Below are positions 20,039 through 31,655 of a stretch of 64,000 nucleotides of DNA, piece by piece. The position numbers were made by a program, and so were the translations under genes. Below the pieces are notes generated by a model. It was not told the origin of the DNA. It was given only the letters and a program-made list of their open reading frames with translations, and did no database searches. Positions within the stretch are counted from its first letter, which is position 1; each line of letters begins with the position of its first letter. This DNA is from an uncultured Gemmatimonadales bacterium (lineage in GTDB: Bacteria > Gemmatimonadota > Gemmatimonadetes > Longimicrobiales > RSA9): NCBI GenBank assembly GCA_963708135.1, contig OY970192.1:3936001-4000000 (forward strand), given 5' to 3'.

Positions 20039-22243
20039 ATGCGACGCCGCGCCGTTCGCGTCCGCCAGCGCGACAGCTCCGACTGTGCCGCCGCATGCTT
20101 GGCCTCGGTCGCCGCATGGCACGGGCTGCGGCTTCCCGTCGCCCGCATCCGTCAACTCGCCGGCACCGACGCGCGCGGCACCACCGCGCTCGGACTGGTC
20201 CGCGCCGCAGAGGCGCTCGGGTTCCGCGCCAGGGGGGTCCGCGCGGCGCCGGAGGCCATTGCGGACGTGCCCCTCCCCGCGATCGCACACGTAACAAAGC
20301 CCGGAGGACGGCTTCACTTCGTCGTGCTGCACGACGTGCTCCACCGCGGCATCGCGGTCATGGACCCCGCCTCCGGCCGGATCGAGCGGATCCGCCACGA
20401 GGAGTGGGCCTCGCGCTGGACGGGCGTGCTTGTCCTCCTGGTGCCCGGAGACGACTTCCGGCCCGGCGGCGTCCCGGGATCCCCCACCCGCCGGTTCTGG
20501 CAGCTCGTCCGCCCGCACCGGACGGTCCTGGCGCAGGCCCTCCTCGGCGCGGCCGTCTACACGGTGCTGGGCCTGTCCACTGCGGTGTTCGTCCAGAACA
20601 TCGTGGACCGCGTGCTTCTCGATGGGGACCGGCGCCTCCTCGACCTCATGGGCATCGCCATGCTGGCGCTACTGGCCCTGCAGACCCGCATCGGCGTGGT
20701 CAAGGGGGTGCTCACTCTGGGAACGGGCCAGCGCATCGATGCGGCGCTCGTCCTCGGCTATTACCGCCACCTGCTCCGCCTGCCGCAACGCTTCTTCGAC
20801 ACCATGAGAGTCGGCGAGATCATCAGCCGCGTGAACGACGCCGTGAAGATCCGGGCGTTCGTGAATGACGTCGCGCTCGAGCTGACGGTGGACATGCTCA
20901 TCGTGAGCTCGGCTTTCACGCTGATGTTCCTCTACTCGCCACAGCTGGCCGGCCTCGTGCTGCTCGCGCTGCCGACGTATGGGATCGTCTACGCCGTCGC
21001 CAACCGTCTTAACCGGTCCGGGCAGCGGGGGCTGATGGAGAGGGGCGCCGAGCTGGAGGCCCAGCTTGTGGAGTCCCTCGGCGCTGCGGGCACCATCAAG
21101 CGGTTCGCCATCGAGGACCACGTCGCCGTGGAGAACGAGCGCCGCTTCGTCGCCGTCCTCGGCGCCGTCCGTCGTTCGGCTCTGACCACCATCGGCGCCG
21201 GTGCGGCCGCTCAGGGGGTGAGCCGCCTCTTCACGATCCTCCTGCTCTGGTGCGGCGCCGCGCTCGCTCTCCAGGGCCGCCTCACCACCGGTCAGCTCCT
21301 CTCCTGCTACACCCTGCTCGGCTATCTCACCGGACCCGTGGCCGCGCTGGTCGGCATGAACCGGACGCTGCAGGACGCGCTCATCGCCGCCGACCGCCTC
21401 TTCGAGATCCTGGACCTCGAAATCGAGCCCGTTCCGGAGCATCCCGCCGCGTTCGACGCCGGCTCCCCCTGCCGCGTCCACCTCCGGCATGTGACCTTCC
21501 GCTACGGCGCGCGGCCGCCGCTGCTCGAGGGCCTTGATCTGGTCCTCGAGCCCGGCCGGCTCACGGCACTCGTCGGCGAGAGCGGCTCCGGCAAGAGCAC
21601 CATCGCCGCGCTCATCCTCGGGCTGCACCCCGTCGATGCGGGGTGCATCGAGCTCGCGGGAATCGACCTGCGCCACCTGGCCCCCGACGGACTGCGTCGC
21701 GTGATCGGAACCGTGCCGCAACAGATCGATCTGTTCGCGGGCAGCGTCGTGGACAACGTCGCCCTCGGCGACCCGGCGCCTGACGTGGCGCGCGTCATCG
21801 AGCTGTGCCGGCGCCTCGGCCTCGACGCGCTCGTCCGCACGCTTCCGCTCGCCTACGACACCCCCATCGGCGAGCGCGGTGTGGCGCTGTCGGGCGGCGA
21901 GCGCCAGCGCCTGGCCATCGCACGCGCGCTCTACCGCGATCCACCTGTGCTCCTCTTCGACGAGGCGACCTCCTCCCTCGACTCCATCGCGGAGAGCCTG
22001 GTCCGGACCGAGCTGCTGCGCCTGCGGGACGAGGGCCGTACCCTCCTCGTGATCGCGCACCGCCTCGCCAGCGTGCGGGATGCCGACCGGATCATCGTGC
22101 TCGCCGCCGGCCGCGTCGCCGAGGAGGGCAGGCACGCCGAGCTCCTCGCCCGCGGGGGCGCCTACGCACGTCTCTGGGCTTCTCAGCACGGAGGGCCCGC
22201 CCCCAACCTGCTGGGCGAGCCCTCTCCCGCGCGATCGGCCTGA
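20039..22243 (+). CDS. C39 peptidase-containing ABC transporter (PCAT)
   Basis: QRDSSDCAAAC, HFVV, MDP catalytic set; TM domain; GESGSGKS, LSGGERQR, LLFDEATS. Confidence 0.96.
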   Translation: MRRRAVRVRQRDSSDCAAACLASVAAWHGLRLPVARIRQLAGTDARGTTALGLVRAAEALGFRARGVRAAPEAIADVPLPAIAHVTKPGGRLHFVVLHDVLHRGIAVMDPASGRIERIRHEEWASRWTGVLVLLVPGDDFRPGGVPGSPTRRFWQLVRPHRTVLAQALLGAAVYTVLGLSTAVFVQNIVDRVLLDGDRRLLDLMGIAMLALLALQTRIGVVKGVLTLGTGQRIDAALVLGYYRHLLRLPQRFFDTMRVGEIISRVNDAVKIRAFVNDVALELTVDMLIVSSAFTLMFLYSPQLAGLVLLALPTYGIVYAVANRLNRSGQRGLMERGAELEAQLVESLGAAGTIKRFAIEDHVAVENERRFVAVLGAVRRSALTTIGAGAAAQGVSRLFTILLLWCGAALALQGRLTTGQLLSCYTLLGYLTGPVAALVGMNRTLQDALIAADRLFEILDLEIEPVPEHPAAFDAGSPCRVHLRHVTFRYGARPPLLEGLDLVLEPGRLTALVGESGSGKSTIAALILGLHPVDAGCIELAGIDLRHLAPDGLRRVIGTVPQQIDLFAGSVVDNVALGDPAPDVARVIELCRRLGLDALVRTLPLAYDTPIGERGVALSGGERQRLAIARALYRDPPVLLFDEATSSLDSIAESLVRTELLRLRDEGRTLLVIAHRLASVRDADRIIVLAAGRVAEEGRHAELLARGGAYARLWASQHGGPAPNLLGEPSPARSA

Positions 22244-22296
22244 GCCGCCCCTCACGGGCGGGGCGCGCCGCCGGCGCGCTCAGCGCCGTCCCGGCG

Positions 22297-22861
22297 CTAC
22301 CACCATTCGCCGGCCGCCGGTCGGTACGGAGCGTCGTAGCCCGCCTGCTCCGCCCAGCTTCCACGCTCCCACCGGCCGATGCGCTCACCACCCCGGGCCG
22401 CGCCCCGGCCATTGCCCGCTGCGGCCGCCGTACGCCCCATGCCCGCCACCGAGAAGCGCGGCCCCAGAGGCTCCGCGCTATACCGGCCGTGCAGGTCGGC
22501 CTCCTGCCGGCCTCCGAAGTCCCTCCCGTAGCCGCCGCGCAGCTCCTCGCCGTACCCGCCGCCGCGCGAATCGGGGGAGAGTCGGCCGCCCCACCCGTGC
22601 TCGCGCCAGCCGCCGTGCATGACCCGGAAAGGGGTATGTCGGGCGCGGTCGTCGAACGGGTCCGCCGCGCAATGTCTCGAGGTCGTCGGCGCCGTACGCC
22701 GCGTCGTAGGTGTCGTAGGGAAGGGTGGACGACGCAAGCTCGCCCCGGGGGCCCTCGCGGTGGCGGCCCGCGCCCCGGCGCCGCGCGCGGAGCGGACGGT
22801 GGGGGCCGAAGCCGGGAGAGAAGCTGCGCGGAGGATCGTACCCGAAGTCGTAGCGGGCCAT
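22297..22861 (-). pseudogene. G/R/Y/D-rich low-complexity protein with apparent frameshift near 22665
   Basis: AGGAG RBS, then MARYDFGYD...YDTYDAAYG in one frame, continuing as DPFDDRARHTPFRVMHG...GEWW in another. Confidence 0.5.
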
Positions 22862-23016
22862 GGTCGTTCTCCTGTGCCGGCGGAAGCACCGCGCGCCAAG
22901 GCTCCCGGCGAGCGGTCCACCCCGCGGCATCCACTGGACAAATGCCGTGTGGGGTGTCAGCATTGGAGGCGCGAAATCCCGTCCGGGAAAGCACTTGCAC
23001 CGATCGCGAGCTGGAC

Positions 23017-24990
23017 ATGGAACCTACCGGTACCACGGCGGACCTGTTGCGCGGCCACGTCCTGATGCGCGGCCTCTCCGAGGAGGAATGCGCGATCCTG
23101 GCGAGCATCGCCCGCCCGATCTGCTATCTCCCCGGCAGCTACATCTTCCACGAGAGCCAGCCCCGCCGCGCGTTCGGCATCATCACACGGGGCTCGATCG
23201 AGATCCGGAAGGGCCGTCGCGGGCGCCCCGAGGTGCTCCACATCCTCGGCGCCGGCGATTCCTTCGGCGAGGGCAGCCTGCTGGACGACTACCCGCACTC
23301 GACCTCCGGCTACGTGGCCAGCCCGACCGAGCTGCTCCTCATCGCGCGCGAGGACGTCAGCCGCATCGGGAGCGAGAATCCCGGCCTCTACGCCCATCTC
23401 GTCGCGAACGCCGCCGGCACGATCGCGAGCCGCCTCAGGGCCGTGAACGCCCGCCTGGCGGGCCGCGGCGAGACCTACCTCTCCGGCGCGCTGCGGAGGG
23501 AGAAGGACCTGCTCGGCGAGCGCGAGGTCCCCGACCACTACTACTACGGCATCCAGACGCTGCGCGCGGTCGAGAACTTCCCGATCACCGGTATCCCACT
23601 CGCTCAATACCCGCACCTCGTCAAGGCGCTGGCCGCGGTGAAGGAGGCGGCCGCCGCCGCCAACCTCGAGCTCGGGCTGCTCGATGAGCCGGTCGCCAGC
23701 GCGATCATCCGCGCCGCCCGCGAGATCCGCGCGGGCGGCCTGCACAACCAGTTCGTCGTCGACGTGATCCAGGGCGGCGCCGGCACGTCCACGAACATGA
23801 ACGCCAACGAGGTAATCGCGAATCGCGCCCTCGAGCTGCTGGGCAGGCGCCGCGGCGAGTACGCCGTCGTCCACCCCAACAACCACGTCAACCTCTCGCA
23901 GTCCACCAACGACGTGTACCCGACGGCCGTGAAGATCGCCGGCAACTGGGCGCTCCGTGAGCTCGAGCAGGCGCTGGCCGCCCTGCGCGACGCCTTTCTC
24001 GCCAGGGCCGACGAGTTCGCCGACATCGTGAAGATGGGACGCACCCAGCTCCAGGACGCCGTCCCCATGACGCTCGGCCAGGAGTTCCACGCCTACGGCG
24101 TCACCATCGGCGAGGACATCGAGCGGCTGCGCGAGGCCGCCGCGCTCATCCGCGAGATCAACATGGGCGCCACCGCCATCGGCACCGGCATCAACACCGA
24201 CCCGCGCTACGCCGCCGTGGTCCGCCGCGAGCTCTCCACCATCACCGGCCTCGAGCTGATCACGAGCCCCGATCTGGTCGAGGCCACCTCCGACACCGGC
24301 GCCTTCGTCCTGCTCTCCGGCGTCCTCAAGCGCGTGGCCGTGAAGCTCTCCAAGATCTGCAACGACCTGCGGCTGCTCTCGAGCGGCCCGCGCGCCGGCC
24401 TCGGCGAGATCAACCTGCCGCCCATGCAGCCCGGCTCGAGCATCATGCCGGGCAAGGTCAACCCGGTGATCCCCGAGGTCGTCAACCAGGTCTGCTTCCA
24501 GGTTCTCGGCAACGACCTCACTGTCGCGCTCGCCGCCGAGGGCGGCCAGCTCCAGCTCAACGTCTTCGAGCCGGTCATCGCCTTCAACATCTTCCAGTCC
24601 GTGGACATGCTGACGCAGGCCTGCATCGTGCTCCGCGAGCGCTGCGTCCTCGGGATCACCGCCAACCGAGACCGCATCCGGCACATCCTCGAGAACAGCA
24701 TCGGCGTGGTCACCGCGCTCGTCCCCTACATCGGCTACGAGCGCGCCGGCGCCGTGGCCGGCGAGGCGCTCGAGACCGACCGCGGCGTCTACGACCTCGT
24801 CCTCGAGAAGGGCTTGCTCACGCGCGGCGAGCTGGACGAGATCCTCTCCCCCGACGCCATGACCCGCCCCCGTCCGATGCCCGCAACCGCCATCCGCCCC
24901 GGCGCCCCCGCCGCCGACCCTGGCCCCGAGGCACCGCCCCCCGCCGGGAACAACCGCTCCGCCGCCGCGCGCCCGGAGCGCGGACCGTGA
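23017..24990 (+). CDS. aspA: aspartate ammonia-lyase with N-terminal cyclic-nucleotide-binding domain
   Basis: cNMP domain (FGEGSLLDDYPHST), then YYGIQTLRA, GGAGTSTNMN, SQSTND, GRTQLQDA, GSSIMPGKVNP. Confidence 0.93.
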   Translation: MEPTGTTADLLRGHVLMRGLSEEECAILASIARPICYLPGSYIFHESQPRRAFGIITRGSIEIRKGRRGRPEVLHILGAGDSFGEGSLLDDYPHSTSGYVASPTELLLIAREDVSRIGSENPGLYAHLVANAAGTIASRLRAVNARLAGRGETYLSGALRREKDLLGEREVPDHYYYGIQTLRAVENFPITGIPLAQYPHLVKALAAVKEAAAAANLELGLLDEPVASAIIRAAREIRAGGLHNQFVVDVIQGGAGTSTNMNANEVIANRALELLGRRRGEYAVVHPNNHVNLSQSTNDVYPTAVKIAGNWALRELEQALAALRDAFLARADEFADIVKMGRTQLQDAVPMTLGQEFHAYGVTIGEDIERLREAAALIREINMGATAIGTGINTDPRYAAVVRRELSTITGLELITSPDLVEATSDTGAFVLLSGVLKRVAVKLSKICNDLRLLSSGPRAGLGEINLPPMQPGSSIMPGKVNPVIPEVVNQVCFQVLGNDLTVALAAEGGQLQLNVFEPVIAFNIFQSVDMLTQACIVLRERCVLGITANRDRIRHILENSIGVVTALVPYIGYERAGAVAGEALETDRGVYDLVLEKGLLTRGELDEILSPDAMTRPRPMPATAIRPGAPAADPGPEAPPPAGNNRSAAARPERGP

Positions 24991-25863
24991 GCGCCCCGGC
25001 GCCATACACCGCCCCGGCCGGCCTCCGCACCGGACCCGTACACCTCGCCGTCCTCGATCTGCCCCGGATGGAGGCGTTCCACCGCGAGCTGCTCGGCCTC
25101 GAGCGCCTGCCCCACCCGCTGCCCGCCCAACGCGACGAAGCCGCCGCAGCCCCCGTCGCCTTCGGGCCCCCGGGAGGGCCGCCGCTGCTGCTCCTCTCCT
25201 CCGGTCCCGGGCTACGCCCCCGCCCGCCCCACACCACCGGCCTCTTCCACGTGGCGCTGCGCGTGCCCGACCGCCCCGCCCTCGCCCGCGTGCTGCTCCG
25301 CCTCCACCGCCGCCGCGTGCCGCTGGGCGCCTCCGACCACCGCGTCAGCGAGGCGCTCTACCTCGAGGATCCGGAGGGCAACGGGATCGAGATCTACGCC
25401 GACCGGCCGCGCGAGAGCTGGCCCGCGGATGATGGCACGCTCGTCATGACGACCGAGCCGCTGGATGTGGAGGAGCTGCTCAGGACGGTCGGTGGACCGG
25501 GCGCCGAGGACGCCACCCTCCCGCCAGGCACCCGCGTCGGCCACATCCACCTGCAGGTCTCCGACATCCCGCCTGCCGTGCGGTTCTATCAGGAGGCGCT
25601 CGGGCTCGAGCTGCAGGCGCGCTACGGCCAGGACGCCGCGTTCCTCTCCGCCGGCGGATACCACCACCACATCGGGGTGAACGTCTGGGCGAGCCGCGGC
25701 GCGCCGGCGCCGCCGCCGGACGCCGCCGGCCTGCGCTGGGCCACGATCGAGCTGCCCTCTGCGGCCGACGTCGCCGCGCTCGGGGAGCATCTGGGGGGGA
25801 GTGACTGGGGCTTCGAGCGGGAGGGTGCCGGGCTCGCGCTGCGCGACCCGGCGGGAAACGCGC

Positions 25864-27216
<1,353 letters not shown>

Positions 27217-27290
27217 GATGGTGTGTTTCGCGGTGTCGATCTGCCTCGCCCGCGTGCCCGAAAATCGGCGCTCCGTCGCGCAGAACTCCC

Positions 27291-27319
27291 TTGACGATCC
27301 AAAGTGCGAGGCCTACTGT
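27291..27319 (+). promoter_or_regulatory. sigma-70-type promoter upstream of HU
   Basis: TTGACG-N17-TACTGT; a sigma-54-like element also lies at 27419-27432. Confidence 0.55.
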
Positions 27320-27532
27320 ATCGGAGCCTTTTGCGGCATGGCTCCGCGCCGGTCGGGGGTGTCTGGCCGGCGCGAGCGTCGGGCCAGCAAGTTGGTCCCG
27401 CGCACGGGGTCGCGCAAGGGCAGGAACCTTGCGTGACGGCGGGACTCCCGACAGGGCTCGGCACCGCGCTTACGCCGGCGGACTCCATGTCCGCGGTCGC
27501 CCCGACGATTCACCCTCAGCGAGGAGCACGCC

Positions 27533-27829
27533 ATGAACAAGTCGGAACTGATCCAGGCTCTTTCCGAAAAGACGAAGATGACGAAGGCCGATGCATCGCG
27601 TGCCGTGGACGCGATCTTCAGCCCCAATGGCGGGGTTATCACGCGGGCCCTCAAGAAGGGCGACAAGGTGCAGATCACCGGCTTCGGCACCTTCGAGACC
27701 CGCCAGCGGAAGGCCCGCACCGGCCGCAATCCGCGTACGGGGAAGGAGATCAAGATCGGTCCGACGACAAGCGCTTCCTTCCGTCCGGGCAAGGCGCTGA
27801 AGGACACCGTCAAGTCGCGGGGCCGCTGA
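27533..27829 (+). CDS. hup: HU-family DNA-binding protein
   Basis: MNKSELI...GFGTF...RTGRNPRTG. Confidence 0.96.
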   Translation: MNKSELIQALSEKTKMTKADASRAVDAIFSPNGGVITRALKKGDKVQITGFGTFETRQRKARTGRNPRTGKEIKIGPTTSASFRPGKALKDTVKSRGR

Positions 27830-27860
27830 GCTACGGCGTCCGGCCGCGGACGCGGAGCAC

Positions 27861-27894
27861 CGAGGGGCCGCGCCTCCCGAGGCGCGGCCCCTCG
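27861..27894. terminator. strong hairpin between convergent genes
   Basis: CGAGGGGCCGCGCCTC-CC-GAGGCGCGGCCCCTCG perfect inverted repeat. Confidence 0.6.
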
Positions 27895-27960
27895 TCCACC
27901 CCGATGATGTGATTCCTTCTCACCCGCCACGCCCGCCGCCGCGCCCGCCGCCAGCGCGCG

Positions 27961-29637
27961 TCAGCCTTCTCCGTCCCCACCCCGGCGCGCCGGGCGCTGC
28001 CGCGGCCGGCCTGGGCCCGAGGTCCCGCGCGGCTTCCCGGCGCTCGCCTGCTTCCGGTCGTAGTCCACCCGGACGCTCCGCCCCTTGAGCGTCGTGCCGT
28101 TCAGCCCGCGGATCACGCGCTGCGCCGCGTCGCTCGGCACCTCGACGATCGAGAACGTGTCGCGCACCTCGATCTTCCCTACCTCACCGCCCGGGATCCC
28201 CGCCTCGCCGGCGATGGCGCCGACCAGGTCGCCCGGTCGGATCCGGTCCCGCTCGCCCAGGCTCACGAACAGCCGGACGAACGCGCGCGGCGGCGGCGCC
28301 CCCCGCGGCTCCCCACCGCCCGCCGAGGCGGCGCTCAGGCCGCGCGAGCCCTGCGCCTCTCCGGAAGCCGCCGGCTCCCCGGGCAGCGCGCCTCGGCGCC
28401 GGAGCAGCGCGCTCGCGGCCGCGGCCAGGTCCAGCGGCGAGAGCTCGTCCACGAGCGGCCCGAGCACCAGCAGCTGCGCCTCGAGGTCCTCCTCCTCCGC
28501 CGCCTGACGGAGCTGCTCGCGGTACGCGGCCAGCGGACCCGCGGCGCGCCGCTCGGCCGCGGCCGCGCCGCGGAACGGGCGCGGCGTCATGCCGGCCTCG
28601 CGCGCGATCCGCCGCAGGTGCGGAAGCTCCCTGGCGCCGAGCAGGACCACGCCGCCCGCCCGCCCGTGGCGCGCCACCAGCTGCTCCGTGTCGAACGGCA
28701 CGTCGTAGCTGACCGGCGTCCCATCCCCGACCGCCGAGGGATCCGCATCCGCTGCGGCAACGACGGCCTGGATCCCCGTCTCGCCCGCCGCGCCGATCCG
28801 GAAGCCCCGCACGGCCAGCATCTGCGCGACCTCGGCAGCCCGTTCATCCGTCCGGCAGAACACCACGATCGGGCCGGCCAGCGTCTCCTCGTCCAGCAGC
28901 GCGGCCAGCCGCACCGGCTTCTCCTCCTCGCGCACCGTCGCGAACCCGACCGCCGCCTGGCTCTGCGCCTCCGGTGCTCCGCGCTCCGTCGGACGGGGTG
29001 GCACCCAGAGCGCCCTGCGCACGTGCCGCTCGACGAGGTCCTCCACGGCCCCGTTCACCTCACCGGTCGTGACCAGCCGCTGCGCATCCCGCGGAAGCGA
29101 TTGCGTCAGCGGCTCCAGCGCGTCCAGGCCCACGAGCGCGAGCAGCGCCGACGCGCCCACCAGCACCATTGCCTCCACCCGCTCCAGCTTCAGCCCCGAC
29201 ACCCGCACCCGCTCGAGCGCGCCGTCCACCGATGCGACCAGCACGTCCACCGACGGCGTCGGCGCCGCCCACCCGGGGACCAGCGCCCCGAGATCCAGGC
29301 CCGCCGCCATCGCGAACGCCGCGACCGTCTCCGCCAGCCGAGCCGCGTGCTCCTCGGTCGCGGCCACCACCAGCGCGCGCGGCGCCGGCGCCGGCCCCTC
29401 GGCACCCTCACCCTCTGCCGCTCGCTCGCCCACGGACTCCGCCAGCCGATCCAGCAGCGGCAGCGCCCATGCCGCCGTGACCCCCGAGCCCGACGACGCC
29501 TGCACCACCGCGTTGCCGCCCCGGCGGATCACCGGCACGGCGGCGCGCTGCAGCGTCGTGGGCGCGGCGAACCCCGCAGCCTCCACCGCCCGTACCAGCT
29601 CCGGCCTGAGCCCGAGCTCCGAGAACCCCTCTGCCAT
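27961..29637 (-). CDS. DEAD-box helicase-like protein with DbpA RNA-binding domain and degenerate catalytic motifs
   Basis: FSELGL and PTTLQ Q-motif plus C-terminal DbpA domain (RPGDLVGAIAGEAG...GKIE); motif I is ASSGSGVT and no DEAD is present. Confidence 0.85.
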   Translation of the reverse strand: MAEGFSELGLRPELVRAVEAAGFAAPTTLQRAAVPVIRRGGNAVVQASSGSGVTAAWALPLLDRLAESVGERAAEGEGAEGPAPAPRALVVAATEEHAARLAETVAAFAMAAGLDLGALVPGWAAPTPSVDVLVASVDGALERVRVSGLKLERVEAMVLVGASALLALVGLDALEPLTQSLPRDAQRLVTTGEVNGAVEDLVERHVRRALWVPPRPTERGAPEAQSQAAVGFATVREEEKPVRLAALLDEETLAGPIVVFCRTDERAAEVAQMLAVRGFRIGAAGETGIQAVVAAADADPSAVGDGTPVSYDVPFDTEQLVARHGRAGGVVLLGARELPHLRRIAREAGMTPRPFRGAAAAERRAAGPLAAYREQLRQAAEEEDLEAQLLVLGPLVDELSPLDLAAAASALLRRRGALPGEPAASGEAQGSRGLSAASAGGGEPRGAPPPRAFVRLFVSLGERDRIRPGDLVGAIAGEAGIPGGEVGKIEVRDTFSIVEVPSDAAQRVIRGLNGTTLKGRSVRVDYDRKQASAGKPRGTSGPGRPRQRPARRGGDGEG

Positions 29638-29819
29638 GTCCCGCTCCCCGTGGTGTCTTCCCGCTCGCTGCCCGCCCGGAAAGATAACGGCAGCGTGCGC
29701 GGACCGCCCACCCACCGCCCAAACATCCGCGCCCCCAACGTCTTGCCCCCTCGCCGGTGCGGCCCTAAGCTTCCGCCGCTACCCACCCGCCCTCAATCGA
29801 CAACCAAGGCATTCCGGCG

Positions 29820-31247
29820 ATGGAACAGCTCCAGCTCTGGCTCGGGAAGGCGAGCGGCCTCATCTGGGGCCTGCCGATGATCATCCTCCTCATCGGCACC
29901 GGCATCTATCTCACCATTCTGCTCCGCGGCATCCAGTTCCGACAGCTCAAGTACTCCCTCTGGCTCGCGCTCGTGAAGCGCAAGGAGGAGGGTGCCGAGG
30001 GCGACATCTCCCACTTCGCCGCGCTCATGACTGCCCTGGCCGCCACCGTCGGGGTCGGCAACATCGCCGGCGTCGCCACCGCCATCGCCGCGGGCGGGCC
30101 GGGTGCCCTCTTCTGGATGTGGATCACCGGCCTCTTCGGCATGGCCACCAAGTACTCCGAGGCCGTGCTGGGCGTCCGCTACCGCGAGGTCGATGCGCGC
30201 GGCAACATGGCCGGCGGCCCGATGTACTACCTGTCGCGTGGCGTGGGCGGCCGCCTCGGCCGCACGCTCGGCATCCTCTTCGCCCTCTTCGCCTCGATCG
30301 CCGCCTTCGGCATCGGCGACATGGTGCAGTCCAACTCCGTTGCCGATGCGCTCCGCTCCTCCTTCGGCATCCGACCGCTCTACACCGGCATCATCATCGC
30401 CGTCCTCGCCGGCCTCGTGATCCTCGGCGGCATCAAGAGCATCGGCCGCGTCACGGAGTTCTTCGTGCCGATGATGATCCTCTTCTACGTCCTCGGCGGC
30501 CTCATCGTCCTCGCCATCAACTGGCGCGGCCTCCCCGACATCGCCATCTACGTCTTCCGCAACGCCTTCACACCCACCGCGCCGCTCGGCGGCTTCCTCG
30601 GCGCCACCGTCCGCGACGGCATGCGATGGGGCTTTGCCCGCGGCATCTTCTCCAACGAATCCGGCCTCGGCACCGGCGGCATCGCCGCGGCCGCCGCCCA
30701 GACCAAACATCCGGCCAGTCAGGCCCTCGTCTCCATGACGCAGACGTTCATCGACACCATCGTCGTCTGCAGCATCACCGGCTTCGTCATCATCGCCACC
30801 CACAGCTGGACCATGCTCGACCCCGGCACCGGCACCGCGCTCACCGGCGCACCGCTCACCATGCGCGCCTTCAGCATTGGCCTGCCCGGGAACTGGGGCC
30901 ACTACATTGTCTCGCTCGGCCTCGCCTTCTTCGCCTTCTCGACCGTGCTCGGCTGGGCCTACTACGGCGAGCGCGCCATTGAATTCCTCCTCGGCGCCCG
31001 CGCCATACCGATCTACCGCATCGTCTACATTATCGCCGCCTTCCTCGGCTGCTATGCCCTCGAGCTCCAGCACACCGCCGGCTTCCAGGCGGTCTGGTCC
31101 TTCAGCGATGTCATGAACGGCGCCATGGCCATCCCCAACCTCATCGGGCTGCTGCTCCTCTCCGGCGTCGTCGCCCGCGAGACGCGCTCATTCCTTGCCG
31201 AGGGCAGGCTCGCCCACAAGCCCGAGCCTGCCCCGGCCGGAGACTGA
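29820..31247 (+). CDS. alanine/glycine:cation symporter (AGCS)
   Basis: [39 protein letters not shown]. Confidence 0.95.
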   Translation: MEQLQLWLGKASGLIWGLPMIILLIGTGIYLTILLRGIQFRQLKYSLWLALVKRKEEGAEGDISHFAALMTALAATVGVGNIAGVATAIAAGGPGALFWMWITGLFGMATKYSEAVLGVRYREVDARGNMAGGPMYYLSRGVGGRLGRTLGILFALFASIAAFGIGDMVQSNSVADALRSSFGIRPLYTGIIIAVLAGLVILGGIKSIGRVTEFFVPMMILFYVLGGLIVLAINWRGLPDIAIYVFRNAFTPTAPLGGFLGATVRDGMRWGFARGIFSNESGLGTGGIAAAAAQTKHPASQALVSMTQTFIDTIVVCSITGFVIIATHSWTMLDPGTGTALTGAPLTMRAFSIGLPGNWGHYIVSLGLAFFAFSTVLGWAYYGERAIEFLLGARAIPIYRIVYIIAAFLGCYALELQHTAGFQAVWSFSDVMNGAMAIPNLIGLLLLSGVVARETRSFLAEGRLAHKPEPAPAGD

Positions 31248-31352
31248 GCCCGCTCCCGCCCGCTCGGGGCGGCCGGGCAGCCCCGGCCGCCTCCGATCAG
31301 CACGGATATTGCACTCCCGGCCGGCCTCACGAGCCGGCCAGGAGCAACAAGC

Positions 31353-31655
31353 GTGGCGCCCTACATCCTGAAGCTCTTCGTGACGGGCACGACCCCGCGC
31401 GCGGACGTCGCGATCGCGAACCTCCGTCGAATCTGCGACGAGGAGCTCAGCGGCCAATACGATCTCATCATCATTGATGTGCTGAAGGACCCCCAGGCGG
31501 CCGAGGACGAGAAGGTCCTCGCCACGCCCACGCTCATCAAGCAGCTCCCCCCGCCCCTGCGCCGCGTCATCGGTGACCTCTCCGACAAGGAAAAGGTCCT
31601 GCTCGGCCTGAACCTCCGTCCCACACGCCCCCGCACCGCGGAGCAGGGCCCATGA
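31353..31655 (+). CDS. kaiB: circadian clock protein KaiB homolog
   Basis: YILKLFVTG...[34 protein letters not shown]. Confidence 0.95.
   Translation: MAPYILKLFVTGTTPRADVAIANLRRICDEELSGQYDLIIIDVLKDPQAAEDEKVLATPTLIKQLPPPLRRVIGDLSDKEKVLLGLNLRPTRPRTAEQGP

Noticed and set aside
17079..22243. Modified RiPP (lanthipeptide, sactipeptide, azole) cluster
   Set aside because: Cores have no Cys and no tailoring enzyme is in the window; trans-acting enzymes cannot be excluded.
22985..22998. Sigma-54 element before aspA
   Set aside because: Spacing fits, but the predicted TSS would fall only about 7 nt before the ATG and the -24 match is weak.
21805..23016. Long N-terminal extension of aspA in the ORF track
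   Set aside because: R/P/A-rich GC artefact overlapping the ABC transporter; the cNMP domain begins at ATG 23017.
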